Made by a program: the position numbers and the translations under genes. Positions 1-19,186 of a stretch of 64,000 nucleotides of DNA are shown piece by piece. The stretch is from assembly GCA_051294905.1 (NCBI GenBank), contig CM119381.1, forward strand, positions 992,001 through 1,056,000, written 5' to 3'. The notes beneath the pieces are model-generated. The model saw nothing but the letters and a program-made list of their open reading frames with translations. It was not told the origin of the DNA and did no database searches. Origin of the DNA: Botryllus schlosseri. Its lineage: Eukaryota. Each line of letters starts with the position of its first letter. The stretch's first letter is position 1.

Positions 1-52
1 GTTTGGTAGCGTTTGGTCTTTTACCTAAAGTGGAATATTTGTTGCGTGGCAG

Positions 53-7655
<7,603 letters not shown>

Positions 7656-7754
7656 TGCCCGGGCAGAAAAAGAACTGAAAACCGTTTCCTACGTGTGATT
7701 TTAACGCGACTGTTCGACGAACAGACTGACGGGCAGAGCGTTCGCGTTGAACTG

Positions 7755-7955
7755 TGGTCGCTTTGAACTGGGTTCAATATGAGCAGTGTTCACATACGAC
7801 TGTGTTCATGTTGAGCAGTGTTCACATTGAACCGTGTTCAAGATGAACGGTGTTCACGTTTAAATGTGCTCTAATGTAACTTGTTTGAAACGTGTTCACG
7901 TTAAACTATGTTCACGTTGAGCAGTGTTCATGTTGAACCGCGTTCGCTGAACTGC
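7755..7955 (+). repeat. Degenerate tandem array of about 15-16 nt units (TGTTCACGTTGAGCAG / TGTTCACATTGAACCG), about 100 nt after the GSK3 stop
   Basis: About 10 GTTCA..TGA(A/G)C units are directly visible. Confidence 0.8.
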
Positions 7956-9094
7956 TCTCGCTGATTTTATTCCTTTTCCTTGTCCATATTGTAGCGAAAT
8001 TGCTTTTCGGCATGAGCACGAACGGAATATGATCCTATACGACGTTGTTCGGATTGGCAGAGGTTTGTTACGATTGTTTGTAGTTGCTACTGGAAGCTGT
8101 TGAGCGTTTTTTTGCTTTTTAACACGCACCATTGCTCATGCGTGCCGCTATACGTTTTCAGTGACCCCCGTTCTTTTTTTATCTTATACTTTGTTGCGGT
8201 GTTTACAAGTTCTTATTTGCTGATACCTAATACTACGTTGGCTTGTTTTATTTATTGTAAATCGCCGATGATTTGTGATCCGTCTCCGCAGAAGAACCGG
8301 GTTTTGTGCGCCCGGCTGTTCTGTTCCATCGTGCGGCCAGACTATTTTTTTCGCTACGCAATTGATTCTCGTCGGCAAAATTGCCTCTGCGAAACCGGTA
8401 AGACTATTTTGACAAACGAAATTTTATTTTTTTGATTTTAGCAGGATTTTTTTCAGTATATTATAGCGTATCTCGTGTATCAGTGAATGACGATCCTTTC
8501 CGCTAATTGATCTATATTTGGCCTGCACCACAACGACTCCGGCTCTGTTTTGATGTAAGCTCTCATACATACTGTCCGATTCGAGATTTTTACCGCTCCG
8601 CAAGTGTGACACTTGTGGGATGTTATTGTTGGAGTACAGAACCTATAAATAAATGTAAAAGCTTCACATACACCGTCTCTCGTGCTGATTTATTGAGAAG
8701 CAGGGAGACATTGATTCGATGGGGAAAGACTTGTACGGACAATCTAGTTAACGTTAAACTAAATGTTGATTTTTCATTAGTTCTAGTGTTGGCTGTTGGA
8801 AAGTCCTTAGTCAGGAAGTCAGTTGTGTTCTACCAGAAGTACGTAGTTCTAATGGCGGATTTTGAAAATCCAGTAGATTGTGCAAGTCTGATAGAGGGTT
8901 CGGTAACTGGGTGGTAACCAGAGGTGAGTATGATAGCAATTTTTGAACAGAATCAAAGTGTTGAGTGACGAAAAGCTTCGCTGTCTTTGGTTGAAGGCTT
9001 TAGTACCGAAGAGCATTTTGTGTATTTTCGATATGGTGCTAAACTCGGGTACACTGGTAGTCGAATCGCAGGGTTGAACTGACTCATCTATCAT

Positions 9095-9481
9095 ATCATA
9101 ATAATATCGTTGGGTTATATTTTTCATCTGAACAAGTCACACACAATGTACATTGCGATAAGACACAATGCGATGTCATGAACAGATACGAGTCGACGAC
9201 ACGCATCAGTAGCGATCCTTTTAATCTAACATCCACCTCGGCCTAGAGGGCTCGGTGTCACAGTTCTTTTCGATGCTGATCTTTTCGAAGCCGCGGCCCT
9301 TTCCACTAGTTCTTTCCATGGCTTGTGAGTGCTTTCTTTCGTTGGGTCTTTTTTTCTGGGCTTTTCTGTCGACGTAAGAACGGCAACGGCGGAGGAAGAG
9401 GAGCCCAGAAAAACGTAGGCGGGAATCGAACCGGATCCGTCAGATTGGTGGGCGCTTATCGTTACCACTACGCTATCTCCC
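9095..9481 (-). mobile_element. tRNA-derived SINE (family A)
   Basis: The head GGAGATAGCGTAGTGG..GGTTCGATTCC carries RNA polymerase III A- and B-boxes, followed by a non-tRNA body and an AT-rich tail. It is collinear with the copy at 16065-16430. Confidence 0.85.
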
Positions 9482-9859
9482 ACGCTATTCGCGATATTTC
9501 GTTGACTCGATTCATTCTTAAAAAGGAAAATGACTCAACTCGAGTCAATTTTTATCTATATTTACACAAAGAACAGTATGACTCGGACTCGAATTAAAAA
9601 TGACTCGATCCAAAACTAAGTCAAATTTACTTGCGACTTAGTTACAACCCCAACTATGAATCCTAATCGTAACATTCATAAATTTTATTGTGGATTACTG
9701 AACTACTGAAGTCATTAGCAAACAATGTGTCAATATATATACTACCACGTCTATGGTTCAAGCAAACTAAACCCGGGGTTGTAACTAAGTCACAAGGTAA
9801 TCTTACTACAATAGTCCTTTCATTGGTTTATTAGCAATTTTATCAGTTCAATACACCAC

Positions 9860-10440
9860 AAAAAATGCGATACAATGAATAGACAGGAAGATGTCGAAGC
9901 GACTTGGATTTGTCAATGGAATCGGACACCCACCTTGGCCTAGGCGTAGTAAAGAGGAGGCATGCACACTGAATGAAAATAAAGAATACAGTATAGAAAA
10001 AGAAAGCGACAAGAAATAGGGCGGCATGTCATGGGAAGCGAGATCGATAGGTCAGTCGTGGTCCGGTAATCTTGAGGATGGACCTTACTCTAGTCATGTC
10101 CATTTATTTTCAATTAACCACCGAGTGAAGTCCAAATCAGGGTGCAAAGGATCGAATCCGAGTCAATCAATCAGGTTTATTAATATATTTTCATCGTTTC
10201 AAAACATCATAAGACTGCGATACAATGAGAAGATAGGAAGGTGTCGAAACAACTTGGAGTAGCCTTTAAGATCAGAGACACCCACCATAGCATAGGCGAA
10301 GTAAATAAGAGGCATGCACACTGAATGAAAAGTAATGCAGAGAATATACGACGCAAGCGACAAAATGAGGTGGCATGTGGCGGAGGGCGAGGTCGATGTT
10401 AGGTCGCGGTCCGGTATAATCCTGAAGACTGGCTAGTATT
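9860..10440 (-). repeat. Two tandem copies (about 9860-10095 and 10215-10440) of a ~230-bp dispersed element (family B); other copies near 15815-15905(-), 25395-25535(+) and 26335-26540(+)
   Basis: Shared blocks ACCGGAC(C/T)(A/G)CGAC, TTCATTCAGTGTGCATGCCTC, GGTGGGTGTC and TTCGACA(C/T)CTTCC. Confidence 0.8.
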
Positions 10441-10611
10441 TATTTAGAAGAAATTGCTTGTATTTCGACTGTATTTCATAGTATTGAGTTCCGAGTGTTA
10501 GTCATTGTGTATAGCCTACGCTCTTCAGTTTTGAGTTTAGTCATGTTCCACTCATTTTTTACAACTCTGCTTGGCTGATATCGAATGCCCCGCATTTATA
10601 ATATCCTCACC

Positions 10612-11340
10612 CAGGACCGTAACTGCCGCAGCCCAAACTCCCCAATTGGGAGGGCCGTGCTCGAAGGGGGCCGCAAATTATTTCGTGAATTAACATGAGG
10701 AGTATCTTCATGAAAATCTATGCAACTTCTTCAAAAAATTTCCCGCGCTCCGCGCGAATTAAGGTTGCTAGATATCATACCCTTCCCCATGAAAAAACGC
10801 ATGATTTATAGAAATGACCAGTTCAGCGTCGGCCGTTACCGCGCCACGGCGAACCAAGACATAAAGTTTTATATAACTCCGCGACTCCGGCAGTGGGAAA
10901 ACCTTGGCCGAAAAGAGCTGCCCGTATATTGACCGACAACTTCGATAGATATACAAATACATATATGTTTAATTGTCCATCGGCGCATAAATTGCTGGCG
11001 CCAAACCTTTCTGTCCTGGCAATCTGAACCCCACAATTATGACAAATGCCATCCCGCAGAGAATAAATATTTGCCAAAAATACCAATTTGAAATCGTGTG
11101 CATCTTTTAGTTTAGTACGTTTGGTCGATTTTAATATTTAATGACATAGCAGACAGGAGGCCACGAAATAAAATCATGTAACGAAGTCATTATACCAATG
11201 GGTCTGCCAGAATATATTTAATTAATATATTTACGGGCCTTACATTTTCCAAGACACTCACTCAGCTCTACTCGTAAATCTGATTATGTTAGCACAGAGG
11301 ATAAAGATTGATAGCAATATATATGCAATTCCCGATCATA
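10612..11340. mobile_element. Partial copy of a ~1.2-1.5 kb non-autonomous DNA element (family F, end motif CAGGGCCGTAAC); related sequence at 11586-13099, 60290-60430 and 62050-63240
   Basis: Near-identical blocks (CAAATTATTTCGTGAATTA, TTTGAAATCGTGTGC, GTAACGAAGTCAT, CACTCAGCTCTAC) repeat between these loci. Confidence 0.7.
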
Positions 11341-11585
11341 TTGACTAATTATAGCCAATTTCTTCTTTCGCTTCCCAGAAATTTGGCTTATCATACTATG
11401 TGGGGCTCAAGACGAACGACCCGGGTTAAAGTCCCGCTGTCGGTGGTTATTCTGGGCTCTTCGTTCCTGTTGCTACGGCGACATAAAATAACAGCAAAAG
11501 AGGACCAGTGAAAAAAGGAAAGAGCAAGAACTAGCGACGAAGAAAGATTACCATGGAAGAAGACTGTGACATCGGGCACTATAGG

Positions 11586-13099
11586 CAGCACCCCAAACCC
11601 CCTAATTGGGGGGCCCGAGCTCGAAGGAGGCCCAAAATTATTTCGTGAATTAGCATAAATCACAGAGTATTTTTTGAAAATTTATGCAATTTTTTCAAAA
11701 ATTTTGCGCGCTGCGCGCGAATTCCAGTAGCCATTTATCTTTATTTTTGGGTATTGGGCCATTACCGCGCCACGACCCACCAAGACATATACAATCAAGT
11801 TTTAGGCAGAGGTGGTCAGTAACGAAGTACTTCTACTTTTTGAAGTACTTGAAGTAGATTTTTTCTCCCCACACTACTTTTTAAGTAGTTATGATTTCAG
11901 ACTACTTCTACTTCTACTTGACAGTTTTCAGTTTTGAAGGCACAAATTAGCGTAAAATACCTACTTACTTACTTACTTGTGAACCACCACTTCTACTTCT
12001 ACTTGAGTAGAAATTCCGGCGTTACTTTTACTTCTACTTGAGTAGCGACGGTGACTACTTTGACCACCTCTGGTTTTAGGCCATATAACATGCGACTCCA
12101 AGAAGTGTGCCAGAACGACCGGCAGCGAGTAAACCTTAGCCGAAAAGGTCTATGCCCTTATGCTGACCGAAGACTTCGTTATATATACAAAATAGGAGGT
12201 TTAATTGTCCATAGGCGCCTAAATGACTGGCGCCGAATGTTCCTGTCTTTGCAATCTGAACCTCACAAGACAAATACCATCCCGCTGGGAAAATTTTTAT
12301 GCCATTGAAGAAATACCTATTTGAAATCGTGTGCGCCTCTTAGTTTAGAAGCCTACGTTTGAGTGATTCTATATTTTTTGATATAGCAGACTGGAAGTCA
12401 CGAAATAACATCAGGTAACGAAGTCATATCAACGGGTCCGCCGCCCGAAGATGTTTAATTATTATTTACGGGCCCTCCCGTTTTCAACACACTTCACTCA
12501 GCTCTACCGGTAAATCTAATTACGTGAGTAGAGAGGACAATAAATTGATAGCATAATATATATGCAATCGCCGATCTGATTGATCGATTTTATCATAAAT
12601 TATCGAAAATTTTCGCGCCTCCCGCTGGCTCACAATACAGTACAGATGATTTCGTGACAAACGCGAACAACGTGATGGAGGGGTCGTTTCATCACCCTAT
12701 GGGAGCCCAAGACCCACGTTTTTGGGGGGCTGACGAGGTGCTGTTTCGCTCCTGCCAACGGGTATACGCCCGAAGATGTTTAATTATTATTGAGTGGTCC
12801 TACCTTTTCAGCCACACCCCACTCAGCTCTATACCGGCATATCCGATTACGTGAGCAGAGAGAAGATAAAAATTGATAACAATACATATCCAATTGCCGA
12901 TCATACTGACCGATTCAATCTCATGAATCCTAGAAATTTCTCGCGCTTAGGCGATAAAAGCTGATTCACTAAACAAACTCCTAACGAAAATGATAAATAG
13001 CGGTAAACAGGGTATCGCCGAAAGGGGGGGTCTATAACCCTATGGGGGGCCCAAGACCAAGGTTTTTTGGGGGGCTGACGAAATGCTGTTACGGCCCTG
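11586..13099. mobile_element. Family F hAT-like element inserted into the SINE
   Basis: 8-bp TSD ACTATAGG at 11578-11585 and 13100-13107; right end GCTGTTACGGCCCTG; left end truncated. Confidence 0.8.
11807..12072. mobile_element. hAT-type MITE with AGTAGAAGTA/CTACTT arrays, nested in the family F element
   Basis: TIR CAGAGGTGGTCA / TGACCACCTCTG; perfect TSD GTTTTAGG. Confidence 0.92.
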
Positions 13100-14789
13100 A
13101 CTATAGGCCGAGGTGGATGGATGCCAAACAGACCGCATCTGGCCATTTCGGCATCCTATCGGTTCATTACATCGCATTGTGTGTCTTGTATACCTCATCG
13201 ACTGCATCGTGTGTATGTCTTGGGCAAATGAAAATATAATCTGTCGAAGATTGATATTCTTGATGCTCGCAGTTTCGGACCCTATTTCTCCAGTATCGGT
13301 ACCAATAGACGAAATACCAATATTATGGTAACTTTAGTATTTTTCTTCAAAGTTCCAATGAAATGCCTGTTTGGGCCATCCGAGTCATATGACTCGGTCA
13401 TTCTCAATGACTCGAGCCCAAGTGCTAATACACAAATTGACTCAAGTTAATTCAATTGGTTTTTCCATATTTATGGAAATTGAAAATGGCAACTTTGAGT
13501 CATTAAATCCCTGGCTAAACGTCTTCGACAATCTTTCCGAAAAGCTGGTGTACTAATAGGCCTACTGCTGCAGCATTCGCCGTCGGTGACTGATTTGTTT
13601 GTTTGCAAAATGTTGAGCTAATCCCGGCAAACCAATAACGCGCCAATGCAGGATTGCAATACATCATCGCTACGGCTCGTGATTATCATAATGTGTCACA
13701 TCTGCTGCATAGCATCACAATCTCGTGATGTTTGAACTGGCCGAAATTTGAATATGGCTGACGAATCAGCCAAATCTCCCACGATGCATTTAGCCTACGT
13801 GTCGTTAATGTCGGGGAAACCCGACAACGGCAATTCCGGGAGTAAACAAATGACATTCGACTTTTGCCCGGCAACTCGCGTGATATTGGAATAGGTTTAA
13901 AACAATACGAATTCAGCATACAAACGAATAATACATCCAATATCCATATTGAAATAAAACTGAATATGTTATTCAGCCGCGGGCCCTACGATACGGTGGA
14001 CACTTGTAATAATCAGTTTATATTTTCATCTGCCCAAGATGTACAGTACACAGTACAAGTACATATTGTGCAGTGCACACAATGCGATCAGTTGGCCGCT
14101 AACTAACCACGCGCTATAGTTATATGCAGTGGTGGGGAGGGAGATGTGGGCGGTCACCCGGGGGCCCCTGGACGAAGCCCCCCTCTTTGGTCTAAGCGCA
14201 TTTTTCGAGGATTATAGGGAATAAAAGTGTGAATCCGTGTGCCAATCAAGAAGGTGATTCCGTACAGATGGGTCAAGCATCATCAAATTTCTGCATTCGG
14301 TAGAAAAGTCCCGTATCCCGATGATCACCACGTCTCTGCATGCGGTAGATGAAGCCTAGTAAAATGTAGTCAATCCTTGCAACCGTACAATGGCAGCGAC
14401 ATGGGACGAGGAACGCAGATGAATGGGTATAGGGTAGCCTAATCGTCAGCAACTGGTAGATAATTCCAAATAACTCATAGTTCGAGTTCAGCCAAAAATA
14501 ATTTGGTTTACTTCAATATCAATTGAATACACTATACAATGGTATACTGAAGTTTTGTAGGCCTACCGACAAGAGTATCAATCTTCGCATAGGAATTCAG
14601 TTTCGCGTCGGTTAGGTTATCGGTCCTGCATCGCCCCTTTTCTCCTCCACGCTATCATGGAGTGCTGAACGTCTGGCGGGGAAGCTACAGATACCAGTTT
14701 CGTGATCGCGTCTTTGGTCTGATTCGGCAATGGAACAACACACCACATACTGATCAAAAGGCCAGCCTTTGATATTTAGGCCTACCATC

Positions 14790-15400
14790 CTTTCAGCAGC
14801 CAAAAAGAGGACATCTTTTCCGGCAAGTAAAACAAAAGTGGAATTGTTAGGATTGATGTTTTACATTTCATTAAAAGCAAAAGTCCAGATGTTACATAGA
14901 ACGTCGAACAGTATGCAATAGCAATCGAGAAGGTAAGGCAAATTGTTGGAAAACCTGGTTGCCCAATGCTCATCCAACAAGTCACTGCTGAAGAGATTCG
15001 ATGGCATAAACATAGTAGATATGCGGAAACTAGAAATCGCCAAGTTTATGTATCAGTTCCGATGCGGTCGTAGCCCCGAATATTTCAATGACCTCGGAAT
15101 CAAAAGTGCGCAAGTTCAACACACGCGCGTTTTCGTCGTCGAAATATCATATGATCGACCGAAAAGATCATCGCTCTATCAAATATGCCGGACCTGACGT
15201 GTGGAACAGTATTTCGTCGACCACCCGATCTTCTTTAACGTTTCATTCAGTAGCCCAAAAATACATGTTAATAATGTTCTGCGGCCCGCAGCGTCTTTTG
15301 TTGTTAAAATGCGGCACGTTATACAAGAGAAGTTGATAACCCCTGCCCTAAAGAATGACATACGGTACGCCTCCAACCATTACCCTATCTCCCTGACTAG
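14790..15400 (+). mobile_element. Decayed CR1/L2-like LINE ORF2 fragments
   Basis: Frameshifted KLEIAKFMYQF..PEYFND..RSIKYAGPDVWNSI resembles the ORF2 C-terminus. ITPALKNDIRYASNHYPISLT resembles the reverse-transcriptase motif TPI.KKG....NYRPISL. Confidence 0.7.
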
Positions 15401-16064
15401 GACCGTTAGTCCGGGAGCTAGCTTCGTCAGGGCTACCATACGTTCTCTTCAAGAGCTTGGGTTTGTCCTCCAAAGACGCTCGAATATCCTCCTTTCTGGG
15501 AATTCGTCCTCAGGCTTGACAGCCATGCCATTGTACAGGCGCGAATAAAAGTTTTGGGATTTGTAAAAAGTGTCCTTTTTCCGGATCTCAAAACATGGTA
15601 ACCCCAGCTTGGAGAACACGAACACGGCGACACGACGTTGCAGAGGTTGGAGACTGATGTATAGTGTTCAACCTCGTTATCAGCGTGGGAAGTAAGCCCA
15701 CGGCCCTGGGTTTAAGAAACCTTGCTCAGATACGTAGAGGCCAGACTTCTACAAACCATCAGTGTACCTATAGTTGACGGTGTAATCATCATTTTATTAA
15801 ATCTTCTATCAAGATTGCGATAAGGAAAAGATAGAAGGGTGCAGACACGCCGTGGAGCAGCCTAGTCTTTTCATAGGACACCACCTTGGCCTACGGCATG
15901 TAAATAAGAGGCATTCTCGTATTTGAGAAGTAGTAGGCATACTTCCAATTCTAGTTGTGACTTTTAAAAAGTGAATAGTTCTAGTTCTAGTAGCGAACTT
16001 TGAAAATCCAGTAGTTTTACTGTACAAGTCTGGTGGTGGCACTTCATGAAGAAATTATTGCGGA

Positions 16065-16430
16065 GGAGATAGCGTAGTGGTAGCGATAAGCGCCCACCAA
16101 TCTACGGAGCCGGTTCGATTCCCGTCGCACGTTTATCTGGGCTTCGCTTCCCCCGCCGTTCTTACGGCGACAGAAAAAGACCCTACGAAAGAAAGCACTC
16201 ACAAGGGATGGAAAGAACTAGTAGAAAGCGCCGCAGCTTCAAAAAGGTCAACATCGAAAAGAACTGTGACAGGCCGAGGTGGATGTCAGAGTAAAGGATC
16301 GCTACTGATGCGTGTCATTCGACATCCTCCTATGTATTCATGATATCACATTGTGTCTTATTGCATTGTACATTGTGTGTGCCTTGTTCCGATGAAAAAT
16401 ATGACCCAACGATATTATAGTATTATTATG
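16065..16430 (+). mobile_element. tRNA-derived SINE (family A)
   Basis: A-box TAGCGTAGTGG and B-box GGTTCGATTCC; collinear with 9095-9481. Confidence 0.85.
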
Positions 16431-17910
16431 CATAATAATCCATTCTTCCCCAACCAAACACATTGAAAACCGCACTAATGATTGCAACACAAGGACTGTA
16501 TTGAAACGAAAAGTATGATAGGCATGATCAGCACTTGTAAAGGCCTCCGAGGAGATACGCGAAGAAATCTCCAAACAACAAAGTCATTGCAACCCTATCA
16601 CCAGACAAGATATAATGTATATCCACACATCTACAGTTCAAAGTAACGTACACAGTAACGAAAATCCACACTGGACAACTTCACAACCAGCCGGAATGTG
16701 CTCGACCTCATGATTTACATTAAAGAACTAGAGAAAGGCATATGAAGTAATTTACAAGCTCGCTGCGAAAGTCATAGCAGAAAACGATTTGATCGCAGGT
16801 AGTCATACTGTGTGTTCGGTTGTGCACGTCTGCAGACTGCAGTGTTCATGGTGAGATACTTCCGAAAGTCATGCATTGCTTGTTGGTCTGGTTGTAAGCA
16901 CGTCTCTTGTTATAGTTGAACCAGTTGTACTTAGAAACAAAAAAATGAAATCTCAGACATCAAATCTTCGCAACACTATGGCCACGAGTTTTTTAATCAA
17001 TTCAGTCAATAAAATAGTGTCAATAGTAAAAAGTAGCATTCGAAAACATGGACTAGCAGGCCTATGTGAGCATGAGCATTGTTGGAAGAAACGGATCCTT
17101 CGGTAAATTCATAAAGGCATTGACGTCCAAATAACGCAAGTCAAATTTCAGAAATCAGTGAATTTTGCGATATTCATCAGAAAAATGACCTAATAAACAC
17201 AGTCATAGACATGACAGACCTTTGGTCTCCCAGGATTGAGATACTTCTCGAATGGATGTAACACGCAAGCAGAAAGCAATGAATTACTGGAATATTTCTG
17301 AATTCAAATTATGAAATGCCATTCTTAGCAATAGTTTGGTATAAGCTTTTAGTATAGCCGCACAGAAAATAACATAATTCCACCGGTAGTAGTCCCCAGA
17401 AAACAGTCAAAATATTGTTATTTCAAACCTTCCTAGACAGGGCAAGAAGCTCACACAGCTCTAATTGTGAGTCGGTAACGAAACCAATTACGTATACCAC
17501 TTTCCTTTGAATATAAACGATCCAATTTACTACTATAATACGATTTGAAGGTAGCATAAACCAGCCTTGAAATGTTCGAAAAAATGCCGCCCTCTGTAAG
17601 GTGTACATAAGGATTGTTCCAAAAAATTTCCGCCCTTATTTGAATAGTTGATAAGATGGTCAGGCTGTCTATAAAAACGCCGCACATGAAATTTGCTTCT
17701 ATTAGAACCCGTAGTCATAAAGTCATCAGAGAGGTAATTTTGGATTTGTAAAAACATTATTTTCGGCGGGCAAATCAATAATCAATAAAATAAATACTAT
17801 TTTTTCTTCAGATCTAAAATTTTCCACTATAATAAACATAGAAGAGCTGTTTTGAGGTACAGAACTTCAATATACAATTGAATAATATATATACATTCAT
17901 ATTGAAATAA

Positions 17911-17945
17911 ACCCAAATTCGGCTGACACTCGTCAGGGGTAATCG
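17911..17945 (-). repeat. Degenerate hammerhead-like repeat (family 2); further copies at 45297-45340(-) and 56557-56597(-)
   Basis: Consensus TTACCC-CTGACGA-GTGTCAGCC-GAAA-ATATT-C-GGGT. Each copy has core or stem lesions. Confidence 0.65.
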
Positions 17946-18283
17946 TCAACAACTAGTAGAGAATAGGAAAGTACGTTGTACATCAACATTTGGCGATACC
18001 AGTAAGGGATTATTTCAATATGAATATACGATTCAACTATAATAACTTGGTGACTACGGGTTGAAATTGATTAAAATTCACATCGTTTTTTAGACAAGAT
18101 AACAATTTACAGCTACAGGTTGGAGCCAAATTTGATGTGCGGCATTTTTTTTGTACAATTTAACAGTTATTTTCGAACGCAAAAGTGTACACAAACACAG
18201 AATAGGCTGTACTACTACAATTACAAGTAGAAATAAATACGGATATTCGATATGATGGAGTTGCGGGTTCAGGGCATGTAAAA

Positions 18284-19186
18284 TCAGTTTGGATGCACCG
18301 TGACCGTACTCAACTCTTGAAAAAATCGATTCAGCTCGAGCGGGTCCGAATCGGCTGGCTCATTATTGGCGAAACACCACGAGCTGTCGTCGCTCGGATT
18401 CAGGCAGTCATGTATCGACAATTCGGAAATACTGTTAACCACAGAAGTGGGCGTGTTTTTGGGAGGAATTATTAAATCGTCGCTGCTTAAGAACATCAAA
18501 TGCGGCAGGCTACGGCTTCTCTGCCCGTCCATGCGTCGCTGTGTATCGTGTTCACTACTTATTGTTTTATCTGTGTCCGATAACAAATTATCATCATCGA
18601 TTGTGCAATTCGTCGGACTACGGTTTGACTTACTCTTCAGAAACTCAGCCCGTCTCCTTTTACGTGGTGATAATACAGGGTTGACTGCGTGTAAGTCTGC
18701 GAAACTACAGTTATCATCGCTCTCGTTGGAAGGCTGACGTTTTCTTTTTGGCGAATTACAAGCGGACTGACGCTCGAGTGGAGGCCGCGAAGTTCGCCAT
18801 TTTGATTCTGACTTTGAAAGCGGCATCATCAAACCGTCATCCATGTCTTCAAAATTCATGGTGACCACGGAATCATCTTCCCAAGATTTATCCGACGCGT
18901 CAACACTACAGATAGAATCCATTCCATCGTCCGAACTGGACTTGAGAGACGATTCAGGATTATCAGGCAGTTTACCGTCAGTCAACATGGCCGACGATAT
19001 CTTCTTTATGGTAGCGCTGAGAATAGCGTCCTTGCAGAAATCCGGCAGCTTGCTTTGCTTGTTGGCTTGTTTTTTCTCGATTGTCTCGTGCAGGAGTTTC
19101 GACAAGTTTGTGTCCGATACCCATTTTCTCCCGATCGACATAATGGAGGGACGGAATTCCGGTAATTTGCCGCTACGGTCCAACAT
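18284..19186 (-). CDS. 300-aa single-exon ORF, probable SERTA-domain (TRIP-Br/CDCA4/taranis-like) transcriptional co-regulator
   Basis: NLSKLL..PDFCKDAILSATIKKI aligns by eye to the SERTA pattern SL.KL..PDLR..VL..NTLRRI. It also has a Ser/Asp-rich middle, basic SPKRKR and SPRKRRR motifs and an acidic amphipathic end DPLELNRFFQEL. An in-frame TGA directly precedes the ATG. Family assignment is from recalled motifs only. Confidence 0.6.
   Translation of the reverse strand: MLDRSGKLPEFRPSIMSIGRKWVSDTNLSKLLHETIEKKQANKQSKLPDFCKDAILSATIKKISSAMLTDGKLPDNPESSLKSSSDDGMDSICSVDASDKSWEDDSVVTMNFEDMDDGLMMPLSKSESKWRTSRPPLERQSACNSPKRKRQPSNESDDNCSFADLHAVNPVLSPRKRRRAEFLKSKSNRSPTNCTIDDDNLLSDTDKTISSEHDTQRRMDGQRSRSLPHLMFLSSDDLIIPPKNTPTSVVNSISELSIHDCLNPSDDSSWCFANNEPADSDPLELNRFFQELSTVTVHPN

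Larger units (their letters stand above)
11385..13245 (+). mobile_element. Diverged family A SINE split into about 11385-11585 and 13100-13245 by an insertion
   Basis: The body AAGACTGTGACATCGGGCACTATAGG resumes after the insert as ACTATAGGCCGAGGTGGATG, matching the intact copies. Confidence 0.75.

Noticed and set aside
8292-8397. Exon-like segment (CCGCAG..GTAAGA) downstream of the GSK3 stop
   Set aside because: In GSK3 phase it gives an unrelated peptide with an early stop, and no frame resembles a known protein. It could be a UTR splice but this is unsupported.
8507-8917. 136-aa ORF downstream of GSK3
   Set aside because: It starts at a non-ATG codon, has no recognisable motif, and overlaps AGTTCTAG-type repeat sequence.
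9226-9483. Similar 85-88 aa ORFs here and at 16077-16343, and their tRNA-like heads
   Set aside because: Both are copies of one SINE. The heads have A/B boxes but no complete cloverleaf or acceptor stem, so they are neither tRNA genes nor a protein family.
15391-15432. Three-way-junction-like sequence CCCTGAC..GGAC/GTCC..AGCTAGCT..GTCAGGG resembling a hammerhead
   Set aside because: The plus strand has CTGACTA and GGGA instead of CTGANGA and GAAA; the minus strand has CTGACGA but no GAAA. Stem I does not form.
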